From: an uncultured Gemmatimonadales bacterium
GTDB lineage: Bacteria; Gemmatimonadota; Gemmatimonadetes; Gemmatimonadales; Gemmatimonadaceae
Length of the DNA stretch: 64,000 nucleotides
Direction: 5' to 3'
Assembly (NCBI GenBank): GCA_963701965.1
Contig: OY969695.1
Coordinates: 2,848,001 to 2,912,000, forward strand
Below are positions 9,201-19,551 of this stretch, one piece after another (the first letter of the stretch is position 1; every line of letters starts with the position of its first letter). The notes under the pieces are model-generated. The model was not told the origin of the DNA. It ran no database searches and was given only the letters and a program-made list of their open reading frames with translations. The position numbers and the translations under genes are program-made.

Positions 9201-11360
9201 ATGCACGGGAAGTCGGCCTGGCCAATCGTTACACGTCTCGTCATTCTGTCTCATCGCATCGGGCTGGCCAAACGCCCGGATTCAGGCTCAAGGGTGGGTC
9301 ATGCCGCGCGCCGGATTCGCGCCGACGGTCGTTCGCACGTCGAGCGATGTCCGGGCCGATCTGACGGATCGGGTCGTGCGCTGGGAGGTCAAGGAGACCT
9401 TCCGCAACACGGGCGGCCAACTCGGCGAGGCCGACTATCTGTTCCCGTTGCCGCGCGACGCGGCGTTCGAAAACCTGCGGCTGTCGATCAACGGCGAGCT
9501 CGTGGCCGGCGAGACGCTCGGCGCCCAGGAAGCGCGCAGTCTCTACGAAGAGATCGTGCGGCGACGCCGCGATCCGGCGCTCGTCGAGTGGATGGGGTAC
9601 GGATTGCTTCGCGCGCGCATCTTCCCGCTGGCGCCGGGCGAGGAAAAGACGGTCGTCGTGCGGTTTCAGACGGTCATGCAGCGGGAGGGCGATGCCATGC
9701 GGATCGACTACGTCCGCGCTGGCGGCCGCTCGGACCGGACGGACAGCACGGACAGCGGGCGCTGGAACTTCGCGCTCGCGCTGCCGGCGCAAGGTCGCTA
9801 CGGCACGCCCTACTCGCCGACGCACCAGTTGACGACGGCGGATGAAGACGGACGGCGCGTCGTCCACGTCGCCGGCGCCGCGCGCGACATCACGATCCTG
9901 TTGCCCGTGGAGCAACCCGCGCGGGCGTCGATCGCCATGCTGCCGTATGCGCCGGGGGGCGAAGATGGCTACGCGCTGCTCACGCTCACGCCGCCGCGCG
10001 CCCACCGGGCGAACATCGCGCCGCGGGACGTGACGCTGGTGCTCGATGTGTCGGGGTCCATGAATGGGCGCAAGATGGATCAGGCGCGCGCGGCCGGCCG
10101 GGCGCTGCTCAAGACGTTGCGGCCGACGGACCGGTTTCGGTTGATCGACTTCTCGACTGATGTACGGTCATTCCGCGACGGGTGGACCGTGGCTACTGAC
10201 GACAACCTGGCGGCGGCGGACCGCTACTTCACGCAGCTCGAGGCCGAGGGGTCGACGAACATTCGAGGGGGCGCTGCGCGCGGCGTTCACCGTGGCTCCG
10301 GATAGCGAGCGGCTGCCGCTCGTGCTCTTCATCACCGATGGCGAGCCCACGGTCGGCGAGCGCCGGCCCGACGCGCTGGCCAAGATGCTCGCCGACGCCA
10401 GGCATCAGGCGCGCGTGTTCACGTTCGGCCTCGGTGCCGACGTCAATGCGTCGCTGCTGGAGCAGTTCGCGCTCGACGGGCGGGGGACGGCGCAGTTCGT
10501 GCGACCCGACGAGTCGGTCGAGCGCGCGGTGTCGCTCGTCGCCCGGCGCTTGGCCGATCCCGTGGTCACGGATCTCGTGGTGCGCGTCGACGGGCCGGTG
10601 CAATTGCGACACGTGTCGCAGGCGGGGCCGATCGATCTCTTCGACGGACAGGACGTCGTTGTGTTGGCGCGTTATACGGGGACGGGGCGCTCCCGTCTCG
10701 AGTTCGATGGCCGGAGCGTGGATGGGCCGGTGCACTGGACCCAAGACGTCGATTTTCCCGATCGCGACCGGGCCAATCCGTTCGTGGCGCGTCTCTGGGC
10801 GACGCAGCGCATCGGGTATCTGAGCGCCCAGCGGCGAAAGGATGGCCCTTCGGCCGAGCTCGACGACGAGATTCGCACGCTGGGCATGAAGTACGGCATT
10901 CCCACGGAGCTCACGTCGTATTTCGTCCGGGACCCCTCGATGCGGCTGGCTCAGACCGTGGTCACCGCCGGGGTGGTCGGTGCGCCGGCGGCGGCGCCGG
11001 CGCCCATGGTGGCGTTCGACGCCGCGAAAACGGCGTCGGCGCAGCGGCAGGTGTCGTCGCTGTCGGCCATGGAGACGTCAGGCGTCCGGTACCGAGCGGC
11101 GGGCGGAGGATCGGACCTTTGTGCAGAAGGACAGCGTCTGGGTGGATACGCGCGACCGTCCGGCCCTGCCCGTCGTGCGCGTCCAGCCGTACACGCCGGC
11201 CTATTTCGCGCTGCTCGATGCGATCCCGGAGTTGCGGGCGTTGTTCGCGGTTGGCGAGCGGGTACGGGTGAGCGGGCGGACGATCGCGATCGAGGTCACG
11301 CCCGCCGGTGTCGAGCGGTTGACCGACGCCGAGGTCGCGCGCGTGCGCGCCGGCTGGTAG
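9201..11360 (+). pseudogene. VIT + vWA domain protein split by about three frameshifts (pseudogene or sequencing indels)
   Basis: Signal peptide from 9201 shifts frame at about 9250 into the VIT domain and vWA (VLDVSGSM). Shift at about 10262 (TNI/EGAL...FITDGEPT). Shift at about 11090 into RTFVQKDSVWVD..., ending 11360. Confidence 0.8.
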
Positions 11361-11370
11361 CGTTGCGATC

Positions 11371-11898
11371 GTGGACGACGCCGACCGCCTCTTTCGCGAG
11401 TATCACGCGCCGCTCGTGCGGTACTTGACGAGGCGGCTCGGCGACCGGGATTGGGCCGAGGAGGTCGCGCAGGAGACCTTTCTGCGGGCGCTGCGGCAGC
11501 CGGTGTTGGTGAGTGAGCGGGCGTGGTTGTTTGCGGTGGCCACGAACTTGGTCCGCGACGCCGCGCGGAAAGACGCGCGGCGGAGGAGGTGGTTGCAGGT
11601 GCTGGCCGCCGAGGAAAGGGAGCGGGAGGAGACCGAGCCCATCTCGGCGCTGGAGCAGGCGCAGGAGGCCGCGCTCGCGCGACGGGCCGTCGACGCGCTG
11701 GCGGAGCGGGACCGGTTGGCGTTGCTCATGCGGGAGGAAGGGCTGAGCTATGAGGAGATCGCTGAGGCTCTGTCGTTGTCCGTTGGATCCATCGGCACGA
11801 CGTTGGCGCGGGCGCGGCGGCGGCTGGCCGAGAGTTACGAGGCACTGCAGGGCGCGGCGCGCGTCCGTGAGGTGGGACGGAGGGGCCATGCCACGTAG
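11371..11898 (+). CDS. ECF RNA polymerase sigma-70 factor
   Basis: AEEVAQETFLRA, AWLFAVATNL, GLSYEEIAEAL...GTTLARARRRL. Confidence 0.92.
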   Translation: MDDADRLFREYHAPLVRYLTRRLGDRDWAEEVAQETFLRALRQPVLVSERAWLFAVATNLVRDAARKDARRRRWLQVLAAEEREREETEPISALEQAQEAALARRAVDALAERDRLALLMREEGLSYEEIAEALSLSVGSIGTTLARARRRLAESYEALQGAARVREVGRRGHAT

Positions 11899-13429
11899 TG
11901 GAGAGCGGCACATCGAGGAAGGCACGCTGCACGCGTGGATCGATGGGGCGTTGGTGCCCATCGAGGCGGCGCGCGTCGAGGCGCACATCGAGCGGTGCGA
12001 CGCGTGTCAGGAAGCCGCGGCCGAGGCGCGCGGCCTCGCGGCCGCGGCCTCGCGCATCCTCACGGCGCTCAATGCGGTCCCATCGGGGATTGTACCCGCT
12101 CCGTCGGACGAGCCCGGCTCTACTTTCGCGGCGCGGAGCCGGCGCCGGCCATTTATCTCCTGGTCGCTCCGCGTTGCGGCGACGCTGCTCGTCGTCGCGG
12201 CCGGCACGCTCTCCGTCGTCCGGGTCGCGCAGCAGGATTCCCGGCCTCCGGCGACTGTGGCGCCTGCGGCGCCAGCAGCGCCGCTGCCGTCAGCCCCGGC
12301 GCCGTCGGGGGCTGCCCCCTCAGGGACTGCGCCTTCGGGGGCTGCGCCGTCGGTAGCTGCGCCGTCAGGGGCTGCGCCGTCGGGGGCTGCGCCGTCGGGG
12401 GCTGCGCCGTCGGGGGCTGCGCCGTCGGGGGCTGCGCCGTCGGGGGCTGCGCCGTCAGGGGCTGCGCCGTCAGGGGCTGCGCCGTCGGGGGCTGCGTCGT
12501 CGGGGGCTGCGCCGTCGGGGGCTGCGCCGTCGGCCACTGCGCGATCGGGGGCGCCGGCGTTTGTGCCTCCGCCCTCGGCGCCGCCGCGGTCAGCCGCGCC
12601 GGCACCGCAGTTAGCGGCGAAGGCGGCGGAGCCGCCGCCGGTGGGCGCGGCCCGCGACTCGGTCGTTCAGGCACCAGCCGCGGCGAGCGACATGGCGGTG
12701 GCCCAGCGCGAGCAGCAGTTGCAAAATGACAATCGTGCTGCCCCCGCCAGGCCGGCTGGCATAGCGGGAGCCCTTACGCGACCGCTGGCGCAGGCCGCGG
12801 CTCCCAGTATGGCGGCCGCGGCGCCGATCGTCAGCGGCCGGGTAACGTCGGCGACGACCGGCGCGCCGGTCGCGGATGCGGTTGTCTCGTTGGCCAATGC
12901 CCAGGGGAGCGCGCAGACGTCGGCCGACGGGCACTACTCGATCGCGGTGCCCGACACGGTGTCCAAGGGCCACATCGCCACGCTCGTGATCCGCCGTCTC
13001 GGCTTTCAGCCGCAGCGACAGGATGTCGCGGTGGCGCCGGGTGTGACGGCGCACGACGTCGCATTGGTCGAGAACCGGCAGACGCTCATGCAGATGGTCG
13101 TCGCGGGCACGGCCAGCGCAACGCCTGTCGGCTGCTATCAGACGAAGAGCCCATTCTTCCCGTCCCGTTTCACACTAGACACCGCACCCGGCGACACACT
13201 TCCCCTGCGCCTCTCTCCCCCCGACGCACGCCGGTTCCCCATCGCGTACTGGCTCCGCGGCGATTCGGGCCGCGTGGTCTTGGTCGTATCACCGGATTCG
13301 ACGAGCGAGCCCATTCGCATCAAAGCGGCCGTGACCGCCGATAGCCTGAGCGGCGCGACAATCGCGCCGGATGACGAGCTGACTCAGCCCGCGCCGTTCA
13401 CGGCGACGCGCTGCAAGCCAGCGCGCTGA
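11888..13429 (+). CDS. Zinc-finger (zf-HC2) anti-sigma factor with TM helix, Pro/Ala/Ser linker and carboxypeptidase-regulatory-like domain
   Basis: LHAWIDGAL...HIERCDAC; TM segment; VSGRVTSATTGAPV...RRLGF; overlaps the sigma factor stop. Confidence 0.85.
   Translation: MPRSGERHIEEGTLHAWIDGALVPIEAARVEAHIERCDACQEAAAEARGLAAAASRILTALNAVPSGIVPAPSDEPGSTFAARSRRRPFISWSLRVAATLLVVAAGTLSVVRVAQQDSRPPATVAPAAPAAPLPSAPAPSGAAPSGTAPSGAAPSVAAPSGAAPSGAAPSGAAPSGAAPSGAAPSGAAPSGAAPSGAAPSGAASSGAAPSGAAPSATARSGAPAFVPPPSAPPRSAAPAPQLAAKAAEPPPVGAARDSVVQAPAAASDMAVAQREQQLQNDNRAAPARPAGIAGALTRPLAQAAAPSMAAAAPIVSGRVTSATTGAPVADAVVSLANAQGSAQTSADGHYSIAVPDTVSKGHIATLVIRRLGFQPQRQDVAVAPGVTAHDVALVENRQTLMQMVVAGTASATPVGCYQTKSPFFPSRFTLDTAPGDTLPLRLSPPDARRFPIAYWLRGDSGRVVLVVSPDSTSEPIRIKAAVTADSLSGATIAPDDELTQPAPFTATRCKPAR
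12296..12550 (+). repeat. In-frame 15-bp tandem repeat (consensus GCTGCGCCGTCGGGG, about 17 copies, encodes AAPSG)
   Basis: Directly visible repeat units. Confidence 0.95.
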
Positions 13430-14706
13430 GGCGCGACGCCCAGGCTCTTCTCGATCGCATCGCACGCCACGGCGATGCCGCGCTCGGCCCGCACGCGGGC
13501 GCCAATGGCGGCGGCGCGCTCCGCCGTGGCCGGGTCGCCGAGCACGGCATCGAGCGCGCGGGCCGCCGTGTCGGTGCGATATCGCGCGCGCGGCACGACG
13601 CGGGCGACGCCGAGGCGTTCGCAGCGCGCCGCGTTGTCCGGCTGGTCGTGGCTAAAGGGCACGACGACCGCGGGCCGACCGGCGCGGAGCGCCTGCCCGG
13701 TCGTGCCCACGCCGCCCTGATGCACGACCGCCGCGGCCAGCGGCATGACCAGGTGATGGGGGAGATACGGCACGGCCAACACGTCGTCCTGCCCGCGGAA
13801 CGTCTCCACCACTCCCGGCGCCGGGCCCACGAGGACGATGCTGCGCCGTCCGACGCGCCGCGCGGCCGCGATGCTCGCGGCGAAGAAATCACCGGCCGTC
13901 GCCACGGCCAATGACCCCAGCGTGAAGACGATCGGCGGCTCGCCCGCCGCCGCGAACGCACGCGCCAGGTCGGCCGGCTCGTCGAGCCCCGGCGGCGTCG
14001 CGTCGTAGAACGGAAACCCCGTCACCAGAGTCCGCGGCGGAAAATCCGGTTGCGGGCTCCCGAGGACCGGCGAGAACAGCGCCAGCACGCGCTCGTCCGA
14101 GTGCTGTCCCTCGAACAGCGGGTGGGCGCCGAGCGTGACCCCTTGGTCCCTAGCCAGCGCGCGGAGCGGTGCCAGCCATCGCCCCGTCTGCAAACGGCCC
14201 GCCGCGACGAACGCCCGCGCCGCGGACGGTCCCAGGCGGCGAAAGATCCGGCCAACCCACGGCGCCTGCGGGACGAGGGGGAAATCGTAGGCCGAGAAGA
14301 ACGAGATCGGCGCCAGGACCGAGGACACCCAGCGGAGCGAGGGGCGTTTGCGCACGACCACCGGACCCGCGAAGGACAGCACGTGCGTGACCAGCAAGTC
14401 CGCCTGGGCGGTGGCCGCCGCGAGATCCGCGTATGTCTCGCGGACCGCGGACAGCACCAGCCGGATGACCGTCTCGGTGCCGCGGAGCGGATCCATGATG
14501 CCCCGCATGAACGCCGCGTCGGTTGCATCGACGTCGGGCCGGATCGGCGCGAACGCGAGCCCTGCCGCTTCGACTATCCCGCGGTGCGACGCGCTGGTGG
14601 CGACGATCGCCTGGTGGCCGCGAGCAACGAGCTCGCGGCCGACCGCGACGTACGGGAACACGTCGCCGTAGGAGCCGAGCGTGTGCAGAACGATGCGCGC
14701 GGCCAC
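13384..14706 (-). CDS. GT1-family glycosyltransferase (sterol/small-molecule UDP-glycosyltransferase)
   Basis: GSYGDVFPY, FTLGS, VVHQGGVGTTGQAL, PFSHDQPDNA. Confidence 0.9.
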   Translation of the reverse strand: MAARIVLHTLGSYGDVFPYVAVGRELVARGHQAIVATSASHRGIVEAAGLAFAPIRPDVDATDAAFMRGIMDPLRGTETVIRLVLSAVRETYADLAAATAQADLLVTHVLSFAGPVVVRKRPSLRWVSSVLAPISFFSAYDFPLVPQAPWVGRIFRRLGPSAARAFVAAGRLQTGRWLAPLRALARDQGVTLGAHPLFEGQHSDERVLALFSPVLGSPQPDFPPRTLVTGFPFYDATPPGLDEPADLARAFAAAGEPPIVFTLGSLAVATAGDFFAASIAAARRVGRRSIVLVGPAPGVVETFRGQDDVLAVPYLPHHLVMPLAAAVVHQGGVGTTGQALRAGRPAVVVPFSHDQPDNAARCERLGVARVVPRARYRTDTAARALDAVLGDPATAERAAAIGARVRAERGIAVACDAIEKSLGVAPQRAGLQRVAVNGAG

Positions 14707-14713
14707 CGGACGG

Positions 14714-15418
14714 CTAGGTGCGCGGGTTCGTCGCCCAGATCGTCAGGTCGGTCGTGAACCCCCGATCATCCATCGTCAGCATCCCTAAGATCGCGTGGGC
14801 GATTTCCTCGGGGCGGAGCTTGTCCTCACTGGCCGTCTGCAGGCGTCCCGAGTTGTGCGCGAAGTCCGTGATCACCTCGCTCGGATTCACCTGCATCACG
14901 CGGATGTTCGCTTTGCGCAATTCGGCCCGCCAGCATTCGGTGAGGCCGCTGAGCGCGAACTTACTGGCGACGTACGCCGAGCCACCCGGGTAGCCGCGCA
15001 TGCTCGACGTCGAGCCCACGTTGACGATATTCCCCGTCTGCTGCTGGACGAAGTAGCGCGCCGACTCCCGCGCGACCAACATGGCCCCCGTGATGTTCGT
15101 CGCCAGCAGGCGCTCGAACGCGTCCGTGTCCACGTCGAGCAACGGCGCGAAGTAACCGAACGCCGCGTTGTTGATCAACACGTTGTAGTCGCCGAACTCG
15201 TCGACCACGCGGGCGACGAGCCGCGTGACCGACTCCTCGTCGCTCACGTCCGCCGGCACGCCCAGGATGCCCAACTCATCGGCGGCCTGCTCGACCTTGT
15301 CGGCGCGCCGGCCGCAGATAGCGACTTTGGCGCCGGCCGCCGCCAGCTCGCGGGCGGTCTCATAGCCGATACCGGAACTCCCCCCGGTCACCAGGGCGAC
15401 TGCGTTCTTGAGATTCAT
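14714..15418 (-). CDS. SDR family oxidoreductase
   Basis: VTGGSSGIG, INNAA, YVASK. Confidence 0.92.
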   Translation of the reverse strand: MNLKNAVALVTGGSSGIGYETARELAAAGAKVAICGRRADKVEQAADELGILGVPADVSDEESVTRLVARVVDEFGDYNVLINNAAFGYFAPLLDVDTDAFERLLATNITGAMLVARESARYFVQQQTGNIVNVGSTSSMRGYPGGSAYVASKFALSGLTECWRAELRKANIRVMQVNPSEVITDFAHNSGRLQTASEDKLRPEEIAHAILGMLTMDDRGFTTDLTIWATNPRT

Positions 15419-15443
15419 GCCTGGATTATACCATACTGTGCCC

Positions 15444-17303
15444 ATGTCCGAGGCCGAGCAGGTCGAGCAGCTGGCGCGGGCAGTGCGCGCCTTGCAGGCG
15501 CAGGTCGAAGGGCTGCGGCGCGATGTGCAGCGTCTGGCCGAGCCGCGGGCGGTGCCCGCTCCGGTCGCTGTGGCACGCGTCGCGCTAAGACCGCCAGACC
15601 CGGTGGAACGAGTCGCGAGGCCCGTGGCGCCGCCGCGCGGGCCGCGGTTCACGGTCGACATTGAGTCCATCGTCGGTCGCTACGGGACCTTGGCACTCGC
15701 CACCCTCGCCATCCTGCTGGGAGTCGGAAGCTTCGTAAACTGGGCCATCGCGCACGGGTTGCTCGTCCCGTGGGTGCGCGTGGCGTTGGGCCTCTTGGCG
15801 GCGGTGGCGATCGGCGTCGCCGGGATGCGCGTCCGACCGCACGCGCGCCCGTTCGGCAACGCGCTCTTGGCGTTGGCATTGGCCATCGTGCACGTCAATG
15901 CGTGGGGCGCGGGGCCCGTGCTCGGCTTGGTGCCGGGGTGGGCCGCGCTGGCCGTCGCCGGTGCCGCGTCCGCCGTGCTGTCGGTGTTCGCGCTGGTGCA
16001 GGGCGAGCAGACCCTGTTCAGCCTGGGTGTCGGTGGCGCGCTGATCGCGCCATTCGTCACGACGTACGGGCCGCCCCGCATCGTGGCGCTTCTCTCCTAT
16101 GGGTACTGCGTCATCGCCCTCGCCATGAGTGCAATCAAGAGTCGCGAGTGGCGGTTGCCCACGTGGTTGCTGGCGGCGGGTTGTCCGATCTACGTCGTCG
16201 CGGCGCTCGAAGCGGGAACGACCCTCGATCCGTGGATACCGGCGCTGCTGCCCGCGGCGTTCGCGCTGGCGTGCGCCATCACGGCGCTCCGGAGCGTCAT
16301 TCCCGCGCGGCGGACCGTCGTGGCGCACGTCGCCTTGGGGGCGCTCCTCCTTGGCCTGGGTTTGCGCGCCGCCGATCGTTTGAGCCTGGGCATCGTGATC
16401 CTGGCCGCGGCGGGGACCGTCACCGCCTACGCCAGTCTTCGCACCATCGACGCCGAGGCCATCGTCGCGCGCCTGTTGGCGAGCGTCGTATTCCCACTGG
16501 GATTTCTGGCGACGGCCGCCTATGTCGCGCCCAATCGGGACATCGCCGCGCTCATCGCGCTCGCCTGGATGGGCGGTGCCATCGGGATGGCGTTCAACAG
16601 CGATCCGGCCAATGAGGCGGGCGGCTTGGACCTGGCCGTCGCGGCCTTGGCGGGGTCCGCCGCCATCGTGCTGGCCACACAGGAGCGCTCCGCGCCCCTC
16701 TGTATCACGCTCCTCGCGGGCGCCGCGGCGACCGGAGCCTACGTCATGATGCGCTGGCGCATCGCGGCCCTGGCGGTGCCCGTGGCGCTCAATCTCCTCG
16801 TCACGGCCGGATGGGCGGCCAACCTGCTCATCTACCGGCCTCATTACGGATACATCCCGTTCGCGTCATCGCCCGGAGTGGCGGCGGGTGCGACATCGGC
16901 CGCCTGGATCATGTCGGCGTGGTGCGCGAGCCGGTTCACCGCGAAAGACGGGACGGCCGTACTGGACACCCGGTGGCGGACCGGACTCTGGGTGGTGGCG
17001 GTGCTCGTGGCGTTCCTCTGGGGACGCGACGAGTGCGGGCACGCGTTCTCGCCCGACATCGCGACCTTTCTCCTGATCGCGTACTACGCCATCACCGGCG
17101 TCGCGGCCATCTTCGTTGGTCGTGCGCGGGCGCTGCCGGTCGTGCGGCACGCGGGGCTCGTGGTCGCCATCTATGCGGCCCTCAAGTCCATCGCCCAGGC
17201 GTCGGACCTGGTCATCGTCCCGCGACTCGGGAGCTACTTCGTCGTGGGGCTCTTTCTTTTGGCGGTCGCTTACTGGTACCGGGCGCGCGTTCAGGGCGCG
17301 TAG
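15444..17303 (+). CDS. DUF2339-like multi-pass membrane protein
   Basis: Coiled N-terminus, DIESIVGRYG...LLGVGSFV...PWVRVALG, many TM helices. Confidence 0.8.
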   Translation: MSEAEQVEQLARAVRALQAQVEGLRRDVQRLAEPRAVPAPVAVARVALRPPDPVERVARPVAPPRGPRFTVDIESIVGRYGTLALATLAILLGVGSFVNWAIAHGLLVPWVRVALGLLAAVAIGVAGMRVRPHARPFGNALLALALAIVHVNAWGAGPVLGLVPGWAALAVAGAASAVLSVFALVQGEQTLFSLGVGGALIAPFVTTYGPPRIVALLSYGYCVIALAMSAIKSREWRLPTWLLAAGCPIYVVAALEAGTTLDPWIPALLPAAFALACAITALRSVIPARRTVVAHVALGALLLGLGLRAADRLSLGIVILAAAGTVTAYASLRTIDAEAIVARLLASVVFPLGFLATAAYVAPNRDIAALIALAWMGGAIGMAFNSDPANEAGGLDLAVAALAGSAAIVLATQERSAPLCITLLAGAAATGAYVMMRWRIAALAVPVALNLLVTAGWAANLLIYRPHYGYIPFASSPGVAAGATSAAWIMSAWCASRFTAKDGTAVLDTRWRTGLWVVAVLVAFLWGRDECGHAFSPDIATFLLIAYYAITGVAAIFVGRARALPVVRHAGLVVAIYAALKSIAQASDLVIVPRLGSYFVVGLFLLAVAYWYRARVQGA

Positions 17304-18064
17304 TTCGGGTCCAGTGTATAGCCGCGGCCCGGGATCGTGTGCAGCAGGCGAGCCGGGTAGCCGGGTAGCCCCGCATTCTCGCCTTCGATCTTCCGCCGGA
17401 GCGCGGCCATGGAGTTCTGATACGTCCGGCTGTGCTCCGTGAATGTCTGCTCCCATACGGCCGCAGCGATCATCTTGATCGTGACCACGCGTCCCGAGTT
17501 GCGCATCAGGTAGCGCAGGAGGCGGAACTCGAGGCGCGTCAGCTCGATTTGGCGATCTCCCCGATGGACCGTCTGCGCGGTCTCATCGAGCTCCAGGTCA
17601 TCGACGCGCATGACGATGGACCCGTGGGCGCCGATCGTGCGGCGGGCGAGCGCGCGCACGCGGGCGAGCAGCTCCGGCCAGTTGAACGGCTTCGTGACGT
17701 AGTCATCGGCGCCCGCCTCCAGCCCCCGGACCCGGTCGGCCACCGCATCGCGGCCCGTGAGCATGATCACCGGCGTATCGATCCCCGCGCGGCGCATCTC
17801 GGTCAGCATCCCGATCCCGTCCAGGCGCGGCATCTCGAGATTGAGACACACGAGGTCGGGGAGCATCTCGCGCACGCAGCGGAGGCCCTCCTCGCCGTCC
17901 CCCGCCACGCGCACGTGATAGTGCTCGCTCTCAAACAGGCGACTCAGGAGCGCCCGGATCGCCGGCTGATCGTCGACGATCAGCACGTGGACGGCCCGCG
18001 GCGACCCGGCGGGGAGCCGGCGCCGGCTGTCTTCGGACACCTGGGAGAGGGAGTCTGGGCACAT
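17291..18064 (-). CDS. OmpR-family response regulator (phosphoacceptor Asp replaced by Asn); start uncertain
   Basis: LIVDD...PDLVCLNLEMP...GADDYVTKPF; wHTH LTRLEFRLL...TIPGRGY. Confidence 0.88.
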   Translation of the reverse strand: MCPDSLSQVSEDSRRRLPAGSPRAVHVLIVDDQPAIRALLSRLFESEHYHVRVAGDGEEGLRCVREMLPDLVCLNLEMPRLDGIGMLTEMRRAGIDTPVIMLTGRDAVADRVRGLEAGADDYVTKPFNWPELLARVRALARRTIGAHGSIVMRVDDLELDETAQTVHRGDRQIELTRLEFRLLRYLMRNSGRVVTIKMIAAAVWEQTFTEHSRTYQNSMAALRRKIEGENAGLPGYPARLLHTIPGRGYTLDPNYAP

Positions 18065-18423
18065 AATCCGGTTGCCCAATGTCGGGCCGGTCCGGCCGGC
18101 GGCGCAACGGTCGACTACCGGTGGAGGCAGGGTGTCCGGTGCCGGTGTCTATGAAGGTGAGAGCAGAACGTGGAGGCGAGCGGCGCGTTGCAGCTTCGCG
18201 TGCGCAAATAACTTACGCGATAAACGTCCTCGGCGATTCATGAGAAAAATCTTGCACCGTGGAGGATTGCTCTTCGTTCGCTTCGTACGTACCTCTCTGT
18301 TACCAAAAAACGTGTGTGGTCACCCGCACCTTCCGACCGCGCGGCGGACAGATGACCAGTGACCACGCACGGCACGTCAGTCCTTGACGCAGCCGTTGCC
18401 CGACGGCTGCGCGTATAAACACC

Positions 18424-19362
18424 GTGGGCACCACAGCACGAGTCGCCGGCTGGTCGGCGCCGGCGAGGAGCGGCAACTTGCCACTGACCAATGAAGGACC
18501 AAGTCCCACCGAGAGCCTGGTTCCGGTGGATGCGTACGCGGTGCAGGGCGCGCCGCATACGTCTCGTCGCGCGGCTGGACCGGCGCACGTCGCCGCGCTC
18601 CTGTTGCGCAAGCCCGAGCGCGCCCACGTCGAGCGCGTGCTCAAGTCGCGGGCGACGATCTCGTTCTGCGATCGCATGGACTCGCTGGTGCAGCTCGCCG
18701 AGAGTTTGCCCCTGTCGGCGGTCGTGACGGAGCTGCGGGATATCGAGGGCGAGCGCGTGGGGCAGACGATCGCGCACTTGCGGGAGCGGTTCCCGACGCT
18801 GCCCATTGTCATTTTCGTCTCACTGGAAGCGGCCGATGTGCACGAACTGGCGCACGTGCCCGAGCTTCGGGCGACGGCGGTGGTGATTCGGGCATACGAC
18901 GATCTGGCGGCCGAGGTTTTGGCCGCGATCCGCACGGTGCCTGAACATCCGGCCGAGGTGAAAATCCTCGAGACCGTCCACCGTCACGCCCCGCGGGGGC
19001 TCGTGAACCTGTTCGACTTTCTGGCGCACGCGGCGGTCCGGCCGATCACGGTAGAGCAAGCGTCAAAGGGCGTCCGCGTTCCGCGGCGCACGTTGGGGGA
19101 TCAACTGAAGCGCGCGGGATTGCCGCCGATGGAACGGTTGATCGGTTGGATGCGGCTCCTGCACGCGGCGTGGAAGATGGACGGCCATGGACGGACGGTC
19201 GATTCGGTCGCCAATGAGCTGGAGTTCAAGTCGGGATCGGCGTTGCGCCATATGGTGAAGCGCTACACGGGGAGAACGCCATCGGAGATCTGGTCGCTGG
19301 GCGGGTTCGCGTATCTGCTCAATCAGTTCGAGCACTCGCTGTGGAGCGAAACGCGCGTGTAA
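18424..19362 (+). CDS. AraC-type HTH regulator with degenerate receiver-like N-terminus; start uncertain
   Basis: WMRLLHAAW...TVDSVANELEFKSGSALRHMVKRYTGRTPSE. Confidence 0.75.
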   Translation: MGTTARVAGWSAPARSGNLPLTNEGPSPTESLVPVDAYAVQGAPHTSRRAAGPAHVAALLLRKPERAHVERVLKSRATISFCDRMDSLVQLAESLPLSAVVTELRDIEGERVGQTIAHLRERFPTLPIVIFVSLEAADVHELAHVPELRATAVVIRAYDDLAAEVLAAIRTVPEHPAEVKILETVHRHAPRGLVNLFDFLAHAAVRPITVEQASKGVRVPRRTLGDQLKRAGLPPMERLIGWMRLLHAAWKMDGHGRTVDSVANELEFKSGSALRHMVKRYTGRTPSEIWSLGGFAYLLNQFEHSLWSETRV

Positions 19363-19394
19363 AGCGGCGTAACGATATCCCGAAGAGACCGGGT

Positions 19395-19439
19395 AAACGG
19401 CGGTCGTTGCTCGCCCAGAGCGAGTGACGACCGCCGTTT
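19395..19439. terminator. Long inverted repeat / probable terminator
   Basis: AAACGGCGGTCGTTGCTCGC-ccaga-GCGAGTGACGACCGCCGTTT. Confidence 0.7.
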
Positions 19440-19551
19440 GCCGCACTGTTCATTTTCGCACAGGCTTGCAGTGTGGCAACAATTGCTTACTGTGTCCCCC
19501 ACCCGCCCGTGGTGTCCGCCATGGAGCCGGAGAGTCTTCGTCGGGGGCATC

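Noticed and set aside
12296..12550. Possible CRISPR array
   Set aside because: The units are contiguous 15-mers without spacers, in frame within a CDS, and there are no cas genes.
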